This document shows, piece after piece, positions 1 to 14,509 of a stretch of DNA of 64,000 bases; the stretch's first letter is position 1; every line of letters begins with the position of its first letter. The notes below the pieces were generated by a model. That model worked only from the letters and a program-made list of their open reading frames with translations. It searched no databases and was not told where the DNA came from. Origin of the DNA: Kudoa neothunni. Its lineage: Eukaryota; Animalia; Cnidaria. A program made the translations under genes and the position numbers. The stretch covers positions 7,216,207-7,280,206 of the forward strand of contig OZ199839.1 of the NCBI GenBank assembly GCA_964304625.1, in the 5' to 3' direction.

Positions 1-608
1 CAGCAGTGGTATAGTCACTTTTCCAATTCCACCAGCTTTTCTATCCTTGCGTGTCCTATCCAGAGTGTCTGATATGACCAACAACACACACTCTAATTCA
101 CCATTCCAAATGAGAGAAAAATGAATCACAAGAGGAAGCCAAAACTTCACAATTCAACTCTTGGAATCGACCCAAACAATCACTGAAAGCAGTGATTTCA
201 GTTGGGCACACAAACGTGCTAAATATAGCTCATTAGATTGCAGCATAATGTAGTGGTCTCTCACAAATCCAAGGGATAGAAAAAAAGCACCAGATATTTG
301 CCTAGATTTAAGTTGGATTAACATTTAAAATCCATTTCTCCACAAACCCTTGTAATCTTTAAGACTGACAGTTTTTTCCTTGCCACTCGGCATTAGAGCG
401 GAGCACTCAAATTCGGGAGCTTTTCTACTGACAAACGGAAACACCAATTGTGTGGAAGTGGAACAATTTCGAGCGAACTATACAACAAAATAAACGCGGA
501 TAATATTAATTTGGCGCATCATCAAAACACTTTTTTATAAGGAAAGTGGGTGGTGTAAGTTGACGAAATCAACTTTAGTGATTGCAAAGTTGTCCTGTGA
601 AACAACAT
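1..608 (-). CDS. PRDX3: Typical 2-Cys peroxiredoxin, probably mitochondrial PRDX3 type; 3' part lies beyond the window edge
   Basis: Spliced minus-strand translation: [26 protein letters not shown]|[44 protein letters not shown]|[12 protein letters not shown]|[13 protein letters not shown]...SHLEW|[31 protein letters not shown] is the peroxidatic motif. The basic/hydroxylated, acid-free N-terminus resembles a mitochondrial presequence. Four GT-AG micro-introns; missed by the ORF track. Confidence 0.88.
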
Positions 609-674
609 AATCTAACAACTGTGTGGAGAGTTAAGTGCGCAGGATTCAAATTGAAATCTGTTTTCGGATGTGAT

Positions 675-684
675 GCGCATGCGG
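675..684. promoter_or_regulatory. NRF1-like element (TGCGCATGCG) upstream of the peroxiredoxin ATG
   Basis: Motif match ~70 bp upstream of the ATG at 608 in otherwise AT-rich DNA. Confidence 0.35.
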
Positions 685-1108
685 ATCTAATTGTATCTTA
701 GCATGATGTTTTGGTATGTGTGGAAGCACAGTAATGGTGTATTTATTGGACACTAAAATTCGGCATGATATCGTGGCTTGCTTTCTTCGATTTTTTATCA
801 TAAGGTTTAAATAACTATAAAAAGTTACATTATACAAAAATAAATCAATTTGTTGTTTCCTAAATTCTAAAACCATAATCCTTCATATGTGTCATTAATC
901 TTACTTATAACACGACTTAAAGTATTCTTATCGAGTTCTAACTTTTTAAAATAAATGTTTTCATCAAGTTTTTTAATTTATTACTAAAAAAGAATTTTTT
1001 TAACACGGTGAACGAACTTATTGGAAGATTTGATCAACTAAAAATAAAATATTTTAGTTTAGAAATTTTTCCAGTTTACATATTAATACTGAAAACAGAG
1101 TTTAAAAA

Positions 1109-1818
1109 TCTACTATATAAAGTAAACCGGTAATCCGTGTGTGTGTGTGTCAGTGTGTACACATTTTTCATTTTTGATAGAGATACATATCGCTCAACTG
1201 GAACATACACATGGAAAGATAAAATTTTATTATAACACAGAAAAATACGTAAAAGATTATAAAAGGTTTGCATCTTGCAAAATGATTAAAAACATTTTCA
1301 CGTGATACGAATGATATGATTTTAGGATTTATGCTAACATATAGATCATTTCGTTTAAGTTATAAAAAGTTAATTTTCAATATACCATCGTGTTTATTTT
1401 ACTTAAATATTGTTGAAAAGTAATTTAGTAATTGAAATAGTTCAAATAAGGAAAGTAATATTAGGTTATGTAGCCAAACATTAATACGAAATTCATTTGT
1501 TGATGTTTAACAAGATTAGTCATATTCATATGGTATGATTTAGAGATTACTGCAAACAACAAGGAGAAAATCGATATTATAGGAACTCTAAATAGGAAAT
1601 TCAAACGCTCAGTAGTATTTATTCTTTTTTAAAACTATTAAATAAGGTTCGTGCGCCAAACGAATTAAATAAATCATCAGTTAATTGGGTAATCTTTGTA
1701 CTATTTATCTATATACTCTGAATTTACTTTGAACTTCAAATGATCATGGCCTACTCAAAAGGCTTTAGTCTGCGTGGCCAGGCAAGGAAGCCCATGCGAA
1801 GCGGGGCTTTTGCGCTAG
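1109..1818 (+). mobile_element. Non-autonomous Helitron, ~710 bp
   Basis: 5' A|TCTACTATATAAAG followed by a (GT)n microsatellite; 3' GC-rich hairpin AAGCCC-ATGCGAAGC-GGGGCTT then CTAG|T; inserted in an AT dinucleotide with no TSD. Confidence 0.75.
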
Positions 1819-3548
1819 TATTTAATAAAAGTAATTAGATTCTTGTAATTTATAACTCTTCAGTATATAATTTTCTGTCATAAATTAGATAATATTGTAC
1901 GTTTAAGTAAATTAGAAAAGAATATTATTTTCAACACCTGATAATTCCTATGTCTTATGTGAAATTCTTTTTTACCTACTCAAAAAATGGTCTTGGCCGA
2001 TGCTCTAAGTTCAAAATTTCTGTAATGATAAAAAATGTGCTCATAAAACGCCATTAAATTTTATTTTGTGTGTAATTAGAATAATTAGTATAAAGCTTCA
2101 AAAATTACTATTAAATGATATTTGAAATATTAATGCTTTGAACATTTAAACTCCTCTTTAATTAAGTTTTATCGTTGTTAATATTTCATTGAATATTCAT
2201 TTATTTTAGGCTATTTGAGAAAGCAAATTATAACCCTTGGGAGCACGTGGATTTAATTTCGCCTATACTACTACTAACTGGAGTTATCTTGTTCGTTAAT
2301 AAATTTGTTATTCATGTATTTTTGTCGATTTAACTGTTTTTAATAATAAATGTATTTAAAGAGAATTTTGAATCGTGAAAATGGCAGTTCAAATCTGTCA
2401 GACATGGATGGAATATTGTAGCAGAACCTTTTGTTATGATAATGTATTGGTGGAAAGTAATGAATCCAGATTTGAGCATTGTGAAAATAAAATTTAAGAT
2501 AATTTAATTAAAAATGGTTCAACATGAGAAATTTTGTCTAACGATGAGAGGCTTTGTGGTAAAAATTTCGAATGATCTGTTTATCCTGTAAAATTATTTT
2601 CTAAAAAAGTAAACAAGACATTATAAAATATAAACACAAAATCGATATTCCTGATAATTTTATTACGGAAAATGACAATAAAAGTTTATTTTTAAAGGAT
2701 AAAATCTTAAACAATATAATTAGCTATATATATAATTTACCAAAAATAACTTTAAAATTTAAAATTCTGTTAAGCTCATTGTATCATTGGCTAATAATAA
2801 CATTACAACATCCACAATTATTCCCAGAAATTATTCCATTGTACGAAAGGAGGAATACACTCAGTTACTCAAATGTTCATTAACTATTGAACCTACCAAA
2901 CAACTAGAAGATGGCCAGTGGTTATTTTACACATTTTGTTAGATATAATGCCAATAAATGTACATGTGTTATATTGTATGATAACAGAAAACTCAGTCAC
3001 ACAAAAAAACTGATTGAAATCGTTGCTTACGCAACTTAAAGAAGAGCAAATAAATAATAAAGATAAAAAATAATTATATGTTTATTTAAAGATTTTATAG
3101 AAGCAATAAATAGAAATTTCATGCACGTATCTATCTTTATTTCAAAAAACGGTGACACCTCTGTGTTCGTCAAAATAATAGAAAAACGAGAACTACATGC
3201 CTTAACAGCTTAATTTCATTTTGTAAATAACGTTCCAACATTATATTTTAATAGTTATTTTGAACATTAAATATTTATAACAGTATGTTACAAAATAAAC
3301 TAATTTTACCGCCTGGGGTCCATTGAATCTCACGCGTGTGTTCGAGCAGTTTTTTGCGCGTGCCACAGAGGTTTAAATAAAACGTTTAAAATCGCTAATA
3401 TTCCAATATATTTATTACATTTTATTAAGAATTTTATTTAAATTTGCCTTATAAATATATTATTGATTATTATGATTATTTGGCAAACAAATCGAAGAGG
3501 TTATTCAGTTTGGTAATATTTATCAATAATATTCAAATAATTATTGAA

Positions 3549-4800
3549 TACAGTGGTTGAGGGATAATCGGTAGTTTGGCTTATCCGCACTTTTTAACAT
3601 GTGCATAAATCAAATGTATTTTGAACTGATATTTATCAAATATTTAGGTTTATTTTACTTTAATAGAGAAACACACGTCGAAACAGAAACTGTTGAGAAT
3701 TGGAAATGACAATTGAAATTTTTTTTAATTATATAACTGATCAAGTTTAAAATATAGATGAAACAAATATATTTTACCATCAACAACCAATTATGACTAA
3801 TATCTAAATCAATCAGGATATGTTATTTTATTAAATTCTTTATTTATGGAACAAGTTATGACCTTTCCAGCAAGACAAATGTTAAATGTTTCAAGCGCTC
3901 AGAAAGAGTTAAACTTTTATTAGGTTCCTCAATGTTGGGCGTAAAACTTGAACCCGTTATAATTGGTCACTATTGTAATCCAAGGTGTTTTAAAAACCTA
4001 TTTTTCAAACAACAAAGCATGGGTAACTTTTGATATAGTTACCAATTATTTAATAAAATTAAGTAACAATCTTTAAGACAAAATAAGAAATTACCGATAT
4101 TCCTTGATAACGCTAATGCCATCTATCTTTTGATTTTGTTTAATTTTTGAATATTAAATTAATCTTTATTTCTAGAAACACAACTTAGGTATTACATCTT
4201 GTAGGTAAAGATGTTATTAATTCGGTTAGGTCTATTTACAGAAGACAGTTGATAGAAAGACCAACTTTCTTAATTGAAAATCACATTAAAATCAAATTAA
4301 TGAACATTTTAAGTGCATTATTTTGGATTAAAGTATCTTGGGAAGATATAACAAAACAAATTATATTTAATTGTTTTAAAAGGCAGAATTTATTCTCGAC
4401 GCATATGACAAAACGATTTATTATGGAGTTTTATTAAAAAATATCATTTATATGTGACATAAAATAAAAAAGAATCTTTGATCATATCGGATGAAGATAA
4501 TTTCTCCGTTTTCCTCGAATCTATAAATGAGGGGAATCTTATGAGAGTCTGAATATTATCACCGACATAAATATAGAAACATTAATATTCCAGAAATTAT
4601 GGATAATTTATTTGAATATTATTGATCGGAAAACCATCAAGCATCTTAGGTTTCGAATGAAGCTTTCAAAATATAACTGTCTTAAAGGTTATTTTACAGA
4701 AAATAGCCGATGTATGAGAATATTTAAATAAATTTGAAAAGATGTTTTACCATCTCAGAAAAAATGAAATACAACCTAAAATTACAATTTTTTTGATAAG
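3549..4800 (+). pseudogene. Decayed pogo/Tigger (DDE_1) transposon
   Basis: TACAGTGG...GATAATC left end; broken peptides NIDETNIF, ERVKLLLGSSMLGVKLEPVIIGHYCNPRCFKN, RKLPIFLDNA, QPKITIFF match Tigger motifs (NADETGLF, KPLVIGKSKNPRCFK, LLLDNAPAH, QTKITDFF). Confidence 0.75.
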
Positions 4801-7679
4801 AAGATAAAATAATGCCTGTAGAAAGAAAGTATGGAGTTAATGCGCATGCTCATGTGGTGAGATTATCTATTATCCTCCAGTGTTGGATAGTCCATCCTTT
4901 TCTTGCAGTCCCAAGGAGACTGCGTTTTACCTGCCACCCATTGTATAATAATTTTTCCTCCCATAATAGATCGGAACCATTCTTCATGGAGATAACTCGA
5001 AATTTAATTGACTTACACCTCTCTTAATTTTGAGGATCTTATGTTTAAGCCAATCCAACAAGATTCTATAGTATTCGAATGTATTCGAATGTATTCCATG
5101 AATACAATAACATTTGGATGTGATTGTAACTTCATTCTGGTAATTTGCTGTAAGCCGGTCATTCGTCGCTGTAAATGGTTGACCCCTTAAAAGATCCCGT
5201 CCTCAATTATTAATATCCAAAGTTTCATGGTTTCTTTTTTAAACACTTAAAACCCCCACCTTTTAATAGTCCGTTTCCCATTGATATCAATTGAGCACAA
5301 GCAAAGGCCAAAAACTCAGGGACCGTCTACTATATTCCCGTATTTCTCAGAATTCGAATAGAGAGCTAATTGATAACATTCACTATCTTATAATTAAAAA
5401 AAATATACATGTATATCCGTCGGTTAATTTCCCACGATCCGGAGAATACTTATTTCCACTTCAATCCTTCTATCCTTCCAGAAGATATAATAAATTATTA
5501 CAAATTTTTTCCTTATTACCGTCAATTTATTCTCAGGGATGAAAATTTCTTTTGTTAAACAATTGTTTTAAGAATCTCCTCTCAAGTATCGGTCCCATTA
5601 TTTTTCCTTTTGTCGTGTAAGAAACCCTCATTTGTTTCAATAGCGTAACCTTGTCCGCCAAGTTTTTGTGGATTTAGAATGTAATTTGTACAAATAATTC
5701 GAATTTTTACGAATCAATACATAATTGATTATTTAAAGACAGGATCCATTAACAATACCGATTCAATAATGATATCCAAAGACTAATAGTACAATACCTT
5801 TAAAATATTGTTGGTTGTATATTTTTGTTTTGTTCCATCACTATTTCCCTTAAAAAATGTTTGTTGGTTTTACACCTGTATCTCATTTATTGATATATAA
5901 ATGATCCACTTCAATTACTTCAAACATATGTATATAACAATATTTTCATCATTGTTTAATGAAGAAATCAATTGACTGGTTTATTTCTTTTTCTTGTATA
6001 TTTTCTTGTGGAGATATAATTGCGTTGCAACCTCTTTAGTTTCTACATTGTTGGGAAGGCCATGGTCATGTATGTTTTTTTTTAAATCAAGAAGTTAAGC
6101 AGAAGATTATTATTATTATTATTTACAAGTAAAACATTAATCGTCCAGTTTGATATCTACCATTATCGCTTTATTTGTTGAAAGCGTGCATCCTTCAGAC
6201 CAAACGATAAAAATAAATGTAAAATAACATGTGTGCCTAATAATATTAATATTTTCTACAATACTAACATATTATGAGATGTATATCACGATAAATAGAG
6301 ACGAAACATACAGTTTAACGATATTTATTTTGATATCCCGTGAAATGACGTGTGTCAATAAATGAATTATGGTAAATGAATTTAGGAAATATTAGTAATA
6401 AGAATTGATTTATTTTTCCTATGCTACAACACTTTAGAATAAATTTTTTCAGAAAAATATGTGATCCACTTAAATATTGAAAATGTTTACTAGGATTAAC
6501 AGTTAATTTTTTCAATAATATTTTTAACGCCATATTTTATATAATAATTTCGTAATAATATAAATTGTATACTTTAATCAATTACTTTTACTCTATGGGT
6601 CTATAAGTATTATTTAGCACTAATTTTATTGGACATTTCAAACATTTACATTAAGCTTCAAACGAATATTATTAAACCAGCAAGCTACATCCGTATCGAC
6701 TTACCAGTCCTGCTTTTTAATGAATTTCACGATTTTCTTACATTTTAATCTTTTTAAATATAATTTTTCTATTTGTAACGTGAATTATTAGTTATTTTTA
6801 ATAAAGTGGTCTTTGGGGCCAATTGGTACTATCAATAAAAAGTTAAAAATTACTGGTATTTGTTAATTTTGTTGTCTACATATTCAATGCAACGAACAAA
6901 AAATGTTTCTATCTATAATTTCTTTTAATGAATACAAAATATTAATTAAAATTATTATCGTTTTTATCGTAAATTTAATAAAATATAATTTTAATTTTCG
7001 ATGTCTTTCAGATAACGCAATTTCAGGATGATCGGAGATAACTTTACTTTGATAAATGCGTGTGCCTCATTTACAATATATTGGTTTCATGGTGTAAATT
7101 TCCGTTTCGTTCTATATATAATACATAATAAATGCAATAATTTGATGTAAAAATAAATATTTTTGTTAATTTTGGAGTTGAATCGAAAATATAACTTCAT
7201 TATTCCCCATTAATTGTCATGACGATTTAATTTTCTTTATTAAATACATTATATAAAGTCAGGAACAAGTCTATAATAAGTGGAAAAAAAATTAAAAGTA
7301 GTGCATATTCCAGTACCTTCTTATGTTTTTAAAGATAAGCACATTATTTATCTTGTTTAAATCTTCTATAACTTAAATCTAATTCTACAATAATTTTCTA
7401 CTATGTTAAGATGTTTAAAAAATTTATTTGGTTGATTATAAATAATATTTCTGATATATACGGATAGTAAAAAATGTAGTTTGTATGTGCGAATTATATT
7501 TCCATAAATAGTTTCAAGCACATTGTTTAATTGTAAAAACCTTTTATTTCATTTAAATGATGATATAAAAAAATAAAATATTCTATCTCAAGGGTAGCCT
7601 ACACGACATGGGGCGGGTTTTCTTGCACCTTCCAAATTAATCCAGAAATTCTTCATGACACAAAATCTGTAATGACCCC

Positions 7680-7703
7680 AGGTTAAGAAACACTGATCTA
7701 GTG
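7680..7703. mobile_element. Solo right terminus of a Buster/Charlie hAT element
   Basis: AGGTTAAGAAACACTG (same TIR as 36247-36262) followed by ATCTAGTG (nnnTAnnn target). Left end not found. Confidence 0.45.
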
Positions 7704-10037
7704 TAGAAATAGCGTTTATTATCTGGAATGCTCTATTGTTCATAAACCCATGAAAGCAATCGTTCCTACGTGGTTTTACCTGCAGTTGAAAGTATCTATG
7801 AAATTTAAGCTATTCGCGATGTTTATGCTGAATATATAATATTGGGAATTCTTTACTTGATGGATATATTGATAAAATAATGAGAAAAAAATAATATTGA
7901 ATCACTCCTGGGCCTTAAATGGTCAGTGATTTGTCAATATTAAATTAGGATGTTGAACTTCTAGATAAGAATTCTTTTTTAGTGTTTTAATAATTTTTTT
8001 CAGTATATTTGAAACTTTTTGTGGATTTTGGGGTGATGTTTAAACTCAAATTCATTTTATATACTTTCCCAAAATATCACATTATTTTTCTAACGACCTG
8101 GAATTCGATTTATTCATGTAAATCAATGTAAAGTGTAATTTTTAATGTTTTCTTGTCAAATAAATTAAATAAGTGCAATAAGTAAAGTCTGTGTCCAAAA
8201 AATGTGGAGATTTATCGCGCTTAATCATGGTGACATTTTTTTTGTTTACATTACTCATAATGTTGAAGTCCATTTTGTTATGCTTTTTTAAACACTCTAC
8301 TTTATGATATAAATATTACAGTTGATCATAACTATAAAAATCGGTAATAATGAGTTGAGCTGATGAAATATATAACAAGTATCAACCATCTTGTAGCTTT
8401 TATGGGCATTGTCAGTTTTAACTTTCAGATAACTGAAATAATTATTAAGAAATGAATGTGATAAGTTAGTTAAAAAGAAAAAACGGATTTATTTTTAGAA
8501 TAAGTAATCCCGTTGAAGAATTCTATTATAAATTTAGTGGATGCAATCTTTTAAGTTATTGGACGCAACATGTAAATAAGTTACGTACAAAACAAGAAAT
8601 ATAGTAATCGAGATTTTAAGCTTTAACCTTTTCGTGATCAATGTTCACTTGAAATTAAAATGGACAAGAGAAAAATTACATTTCCGTGGCGCCAAATTTA
8701 TAAATTTGTTCCAAATGGTGTTAAAATGTTTGAGAAAATTTTATCAGTTCAAAATAAAATTAAATATTAATTTTTATTGGAGAAACGCATTAAAAAATTT
8801 AAACTAGATCCATTTTAAATAATGTGATTCATTTTTGGGAATAATCGTAATATATTCCATAAAATACTCTGTTAAAATAATTTTTCATGGTTTTAAAATA
8901 TTTATATATATATATATATTTATATAAATGTAAAATTAGGAAATTAACTTGAATAAGTTATACAGGGTTTTTAATGTGTATTACCTAGCAAATCATTATT
9001 GGGATTATTTGTAATTTTATATCTATATCAGGGAAAAAATTTATACAATAAAACTCGATATGATTTGGATTTATTTAAAGACTTTGGCTTAAAATATTTT
9101 TAGATATAGAATAGTTTCGAAAATGAGAAGTTGGCACCTAATTTGATACGCACGCGCAAAATAAATTTATCGATTTAAATATGTTGATAACATTAAGCCG
9201 TTGTTTACAAATCAGATACAAAATAAATTGTCAATGAATTTTAAAGGCAGAGTTAAATTCTTAAATTGTTATGATGCATACGAATAGGATTAATTTTAAT
9301 TATTTATTTTTTCCTGTAATTTGACGATAATGGCTGACGAAAATTTTTCACATTTTTTAAATTGTTATAACTAACCATTGTACGTAATATATTATCTCCA
9401 GACTGCAAACGAAAAATTTGGTCACGGAGGGATCGATTTGATTATAATTTTGGAATGTCTCGGAAGCAATAAGTATATTTAATCTAATTAAATAATAAAA
9501 TACTCAATTATTATTTTATAATAGCGATATTTATTTTAATAACACTTTAAGAATTTAATAACCCAAAAATGAATCCATATTATCAATTATTGACAAATTT
9601 TTATTATATATAATGCAACATGGAAATCATCGAACAGTTATTACAATCACAATCAAAACGCTTCATTCTGTACCTTTTATCTAACAGATTATAAGATAAC
9701 CGCTATTTTTGTTAAAACCACCAACTTATGATTTAAAAAAAAAGGTATGCCAACAATAATTTCAACAGATCAATATCTAGACAAAATGCTTCATGAAGTT
9801 AGTAAAAACCCTTAAATTATCATTTCGCATTGAACATAGAAAACATGACAACAACAAGATGCAAAGAAAGAAAAACAGATTTGTTTAAATATAAATCAGT
9901 ATAATAGATTGAATAATTGATTGTACGAATGAGTGTATATGCAAGGAAAAAATTATATATTTTAAGACACTTTATTAATTTACTTAAGAGTGGAAGACAA
10001 TTAAAAATTATATTTGAAGTTGATTGAAAACAATGTC

Positions 10038-13000
10038 TTATTTTTCAAATTGTTTTTCCTTTTTCCTTTTATTTGAGGAGAACTTAAATAGACTTGATTT
10101 CTTTTTGCATTTCTCATCGCTGGTCATATTTACGTCGGGACCACTTTTCATAGAAATATCGTCATTGCTAGGAATTGTTGAATCAGTTTTCTGGTCGATG
10201 GTAGCACAGCGACCATTTAAAGGACGTTCTTTACCGCTAGCCACTTTATTTGGTAGATTTCCAGAGGATAAGGATGATTTTATAGGCAAGGGACTACCAT
10301 TGGTTGATCGGATATTAGTACTGAAAGGATCGCCGAACGAAAATGCTGAATGATGAGACTTGGTTTCATCATTGGAACCAGTCTTGAAGGGATCAAAAGG
10401 TGAGTTACTTTTGAAGGGATCATTAGTAGATACATCCACGGCTGGAAAGACGCTAGTGTTTCTCGTGGTGAAATCATAATTCATATTGTTGGGGGAGTGC
10501 TCATTTGAGAATGGTTTGGCTTCAGCAAAGTTATTAAATGGAAGTTGGCTGGCAAAAGGATCCTGCTGGTTAGTGTCGCTGATAGGAAATGGATTGGATG
10601 CAGCATTATTTGTGGAAGTAGAGAATATGGCAGCTGAAGGTTCACTTTTGAAAGGGTCTGAGAAATTGGTCGCCTGAGATGGATCACCAAAAGGAGTTTC
10701 CACACCTAATCGAATCATTGTTATTTGTTTCTAAAATAAACTCTTACTTTTGAAAGGGTCTTGTTTGGTGGTATCATTGAAATGGTTCGTTTGACCGAAG
10801 GCATTTTCTGCCGATAGATCGTTGCTTTTCCTCGAGGAGGAGACTACAAAAAATTCATCGTTACGTTCTCCATTTCATAAAAATTTGTCAACAAATATTA
10901 CTTGGAAATAGATTAGCGGGTTGAAAACCTAGGAAGCTATCATTTTGATCCAACACAGCGTTGGGAAATTGGTTGTCAGTTGGTGAATTTTTGGTAGGTT
11001 CATCTGGGGGAATCTTTGGTTTTTCATCAGTGCTTGTTACAAAAGGGTCAGCTATTTCAGAAGTTCCTAAAATCGATTAAAACAAATTATTTAAACAATT
11101 GAATTATACTTTGAGATGATTTAACAGGATTTGGTTGAAAGTTGGTATTGAACAGGGAGTTATTAAAAGGTTCTTGAGTGGAAAATGCTGGCTGTGAGCT
11201 CTCGCTGGGTGGCGGAGGTCGAGGTGTTTCTATTTTTTCATTGGAGAAATTGACATTACTTACCAAGTTGGCCCCTTTAAAGAGAAATTAGTTAGTTGTT
11301 ACAAGTAGGTTTGCGATTAAAAGGCTGGTGGGTGGGTCGGAAAGTTAATATTACTTTCAGATTGTTGAATTTTTGATGTTGCTATGAGGCCTATGTTTAG
11401 ATAAATATTTCGAAGGTTCAACTGATTTATCTCACCGTCAAGTTTATTGTGAATGCTAGCAAAATTTGTGGTTATATCTTCCTTTAAATTCTTCACACTC
11501 TCGGAAAGATTTAAATTCTACAATAACAAATCTTTAGTTTATTATTTCCAATACTAATAGAAAAAAACCTCTTGCTTAATTTCTTCCACCATTTTATTTA
11601 GTACACCCATCTCCTTGACAATATTTATGATATCATCGTTTAGTTTGAGAAATGATGATTCATGCTGTTCTAGTTGGCTTTTAAATGGAGAAATCTAATC
11701 AGCACTACTTATTTTTAAATAATATTGAACAAATTTAATAATTTTATAGTAAAAAAAGTCAACTCGACATATTTTCACTCAAAAAAAGCAAATTAAACAT
11801 TATGTACCAGATTCAAAATAGATTCAGTTGAAGTTTTTTCAGCTTCCTTTATATTTTGAAAATTCATATTTATCTGAAAGTTAATTTTTGAATAGATATC
11901 ATAAAACACGGACTACATTTTGGGTTAGACCCTGGATTAATTTGTCGACGTGATCAGAAATGGCCTTTTGCGAGGCTTCCCATTTGGAAGCATCAAAACT
12001 CATCAGTTTTGAATGTACAGCCTATGCCGACTGTCATAATATTATAATATGCTATTTACTTGTTGCTGTGGTTGTGGTTGTAGTGAACTATTTGATGGGG
12101 TTGTAGAGAATACATGAGCTAATTTGTCATTCATTGGTCGATTATAGAGTGGTGTGTTTGGACTAGTGAAATATTTAATAGTTAATCCAATTTTCGTTTA
12201 CTTGGTAGAGCTAATGCTATTAGCTGAAGTTTGGTAGATTGTGGTTTGAGGGGGAACCAGTGATCCTTGTTGAGGCGATTGCGTTGATGGTGAATTTATT
12301 GTCTAAGTATAATTAAAAAATGAAATATTGATAAGTAGTAATACATTGACCGTTTTCATTTTGAAAAAGCTTATCATTTTTACACATTTGACAAATGTTT
12401 CAAAAGTGATTTTAGACATGTTCCCCATGCCACATTGGTCCCTTGATTCTTGGTAAAAATAATTGTATAGTAGAAGATAAATTAACCATATTTTGGCAAG
12501 AATTTCTTTGTTAAGGTTGGTGCGTTGTAGAAGGTTTTTCATGGTTTCCACTAAGAAAAATTCAAAATGAGGTTGAGTTCTTATATTCGATAGATTTTTG
12601 GGGGAAAAAATAAGTTAATTAGCAGTATTATTTCTAATTTTTTAAGTAGATAATATTTTGACAATTTTGCACAACCAAGAATGAATGGAATATTTCATAC
12701 TCGACAATGCACTTTCATTATTTCTATCCAAATGATTGAATAGTTGTTGCATTTTAGTTACATCCATGCTAATTTCCTATGGAATCCAAGTCAAATATTG
12801 ATTGTCAATAAATTTTAGAGGTACTGGAAAATTCGGGTCCATATTAAAAGGATTAGGAGATTGGACTGGTCTAATTTCGCTGTTGGTATTTGACAATCTT
12901 CGTAATGTGCTGGATGTGGATGAAATGCTATAGGAAGACAACTCTAATAATATTGAAAACTAGATCCGGCAGTCAGATGTACTCATCGATGGGTGGATAT

Positions 13001-14509
13001 CTTTGGAAACAGTTCGGGGAGGCAAATTCGGCCCGAGCCTAATCATCTTAATAAGAGAGGTGGGTAAAAACTTCGGCATATTGTGGGATTGGCTTAATTT
13101 CTTCAACACAGACGAACCCTAATTGTAATTGGAATGATAAAAAGCTACAAAAAATCTAAATTTAACCACATTTATTACATAATTTTTTATATAAAACATA
13201 ATAAGATTTTATTAGGCTCATTACACAATAATGACTATTGTATTCAGTAATAAATTTTTAGGTATTATCAATTACAATATGTGATTAAACATTTTGTGCT
13301 CAACAAGAAAAAACTACGCCTTGCAACCTCTCAAGATAACAATATCTATAACATTCATATAATGTAGATAACAAATATTAAATATATTCATAAATTTAAA
13401 ACTGATGAATTTATACAAAATCATTATTTATAAACAAAATTAAAATTAACTAATACAAGTAATAAATTCGATAAAAATTCGTATGTTAGTTTGTGTTATT
13501 AATTTGAAAGCATAAAGATAAGAAAACGGCTAATTACGGCAACGAATTCGCTTTCGTCAATAAGACCATCCATATCAGCGTCAATATAGGACCAAATCTA
13601 TTTTTTGAGATGAAACAATTAGAACCACTCTACATTCAGCCACTGTGACAGAATCGGTCAAAATACCAGATTGAGAATTTGCTGAGAAACTCCGAACGAC
13701 ATAAATTGTTTACTAATTTTCTCACCACTAACTGTTCCATTGATGGGTTGTATTTGATAAAAATCATGGGAAAATTTTGCGATATCTTCCAACTACAACA
13801 CAACTCATTAAAAATCATTCAACGCAATGAGCTATAATAGGCGAACACCCTCGATCTCAATAACATTGTATCTTTTCTCACAAGAAAAGAACGAGACCGT
13901 TACAAACACAAATCAATGAACACAAACAGTTAAAATTACCGAAGGACTAAAGTCGCTTTCTTCCTTATCCGTTGGTAACTAATTAATCGTAATAATCATA
14001 ATATAAATATTTGATATATTAGGAAGCTGTGTTAACTTACATTAAAATAGGGTATGGGTGCTCCAAGAGAAGCTTTTAGTGGATATTTGCTAGGAAGTTG
14101 TGATTGCTTGGCTTCAATCCGATCAAATATATCGTACACCATCTATATGAAGTTTTTTACATTAGTGTTGGCCGAGTGGATAAGGATGACCATCAATCGA
14201 AAAAGCACAAGCATACTTTCTGATTTAGAAAAGGAATATCCCCCTGTATTTTCGTTTCATCCCAAACCTGCAACATACCAAAATCAAGTTAATCTTCAGT
14301 AATTTTCTGAATATCAAATGGTGTTACTTGAGTGAGCAATTCATCTGGTAGATCTGATAAAATCAAAAAATATTTTACAATGGTTGCTGAAACTTGAGAA
14401 TCGTTGTTTGGATTCAGCTAAATCCGAACTCACCTATTCAACCAGTTCCAACCTTATCAAATACTCTCTTAAATAACTCATCGTATTGAGCCTTTTTAGT
14501 GGTGTCCAT
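10038..14509 (-). CDS. EPS15: EPS15/EPS15L1-like endocytic adaptor (3 EH domains, coiled coil, DPF repeats), multi-exon
   Basis: EH1 MDTTKKAQYDELFKR..LSDLPDELLTQ|VWD; EH2 QPINGTVSGEK..ILNL|IWSYIDADMDGLIDESEF; EH3 FNHLDRNNESALS|..TNLNKEILAKIW; coiled-coil exons ~11.4-12.0 kb; last exon 10038-10730 rich in DPF/NPF motifs. Confidence 0.85.

Noticed and set aside
4812-5700. Non-LTR retrotransposon remnant (minus-strand LLGTARK) and short ORFs
   Set aside because: Only one weak motif; cannot be supported without a search.
8627-9432. Degenerate TTAA MITE (also 16640-16875)
   Set aside because: Termini too diverged and TSDs incomplete.
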